In this document: positions 63,230 through 64,000 of the stretch, in pieces
Layout of the letters: every line of letters starts with the position of its first letter
Position numbering within the stretch: the first letter of the stretch is position 1
Origin: an uncultured Chloroflexia bacterium
GTDB taxonomy: Bacteria > Chloroflexota > Limnocylindria > Limnocylindrales > CSP1-4
Direction: 5' to 3'
Assembly (NCBI GenBank): GCA_963828965.1
Contig: CAWHGL010000004.1
Location: forward strand, 12,146 to 76,145
DNA: 64,000 nucleotides
Made by a program: the position numbers and the translations under genes
Notes under the pieces: generated by a model
Database searches by the model: none
What the model saw: the letters and a program-made list of their open reading frames with translations, nothing else
What the model was told of the DNA's origin: nothing

Positions 63230-63316
63230 GCGCTTCGTCTCCTCCTCAGGGGACCGGTCCGAGCCGGTACCCGCGATCTCGACCAGTCACGCCGCCGCCG
63301 GCGGCGGGGTCGAATG

Positions 63317-64000
63317 CTATCCCCCTCGAGCGGCTCCCGTCGATGGGTGGCCGCCGGCGCCCTGGGTGATCCGGTCGAGCATGATCCCCAGGAGGACGAT
63401 CGCGATGCCGGCCGCGAATCCCTTGCCGAAATCCTCGTGCTGCGAGAGCCCGGTGACGACGTCGTAGCCCAGGGCGCCGGCGCCGACCAGCCCGCCGACC
63501 ACGACCATCGCCAGGACCATGACGATGCCCTGGTTCGAGGCGACCTGGATCGCCCGGCGCGAGAGCGGCAGCCGGACCTTCCAGAGCAGCTGCCGTTCGG
63601 TCGAGCCGGCCGCCGTTGCCGCCTCCACGACCGTGGTGGACACCTGGCGGATCCCGGCGTCGACGAGCCGGATGACCGGCGGCGTGGCATAGATGACCGA
63701 CGCGACGATGGCCGTGAACCGGCTCGGGTCGAACAGCGCGATGGCCGGGATCAGATAGACGAATGCCGGCATGGTCTGGGCGATGTCGAGGCCGGGCCGC
63801 ATGACGTCGCGGAACCGGTCGCTGCGCGCCGAGAGGATGCCGAGGAAGAGGCCGATCGCGATCGTGGCTCCGGTCGCGACCAGGACCGTCGCCAGCGTCT
63901 CCATGCCGTGCTCCCACAGGCCGAGCGCGATCACGGCGGCCAGACAGGCGGTCGCGATGATCCCGGCCCGCAGCCCGGACAGGTACCAGCCGCAGAAGCC
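63317..64000 (-). CDS. proW: Glycine betaine/proline ABC transporter permease (ProW/OpuAB), 5' end outside the window.
   Basis: TM-rich with an EAA-like region. The reading frame stays open to the window edge. Confidence 0.7.
   Translation of the reverse strand, partial: GFCGWYLSGLRAGIIATACLAAVIALGLWEHGMETLATVLVATGATIAIGLFLGILSARSDRFRDVMRPGLDIAQTMPAFVYLIPAIALFDPSRFTAIVASVIYATPPVIRLVDAGIRQVSTTVVEAATAAGSTERQLLWKVRLPLSRRAIQVASNQGIVMVLAMVVVGGLVGAGALGYDVVTGLSQHEDFGKGFAAGIAIVLLGIMLDRITQGAGGHPSTGAARGG

Overview
This is a 64 kb chromosomal window, roughly 70% GC, from an actinobacterium-like genome. The mycothiol-type PIG-L deacetylase (16914..17885), LAL-family regulator (6766..9813), MMPL transporter (30674..32951) and strong GC3 bias all point that way. 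It is densely coding with about 65 protein genes on both strands. There are no rRNA genes, no CRISPR array, no transposase or integrase, and no obvious prophage. Two tRNAs are present: tRNA-Arg(CCG) on the minus strand and tRNA-Asp(GUC) on the plus strand. Gene content is a mix of regulators (two TetR, Crp/Fnr, an ATPase-LuxR LAL regulator, Zur/Fur, an NsrR-like Rrf2), transporters (MacB-like, ABC-2, PotABCD-like with a fused FAD oxidoreductase, glycine-betaine ProXW, ZIP, MMPL), and secreted peptidases (M14, S41, DmpA/S58). It also carries a copper nitrite reductase with its NsrR-like regulator, a radical-SAM lysine 2,3-aminomutase, pabBC, and a very large 3xGAF-GGDEF-GAF-GGDEF-EAL c-di-GMP signalling protein. 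The observations most worth a second look are: (1) a TetR-controlled divergent locus with two tandem, paralogous, previously unnamed small ORFs (60 to 63 aa, each starting MIM, each with a strong Shine-Dalgarno and a C-terminal hydrophobic helix) opposite a translationally coupled TetR/PLDc_N/ABC exporter operon, with a duplicated perfect-palindrome operator; (2) at least 13 single-nucleotide frameshifts, mostly in G/C homopolymers, concentrated between 23 and 48 kb (kamA, pabC, a DUF885-like gene, MMPL, an SDR, a GNAT) while much longer neighbouring genes are intact; (3) a lysine-2,3-aminomutase embedded in a secreted-peptidase island; (4) several palindromic operator candidates and a structured leader region. 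All calls come from reading the sequence and from family knowledge. No database searches were run.
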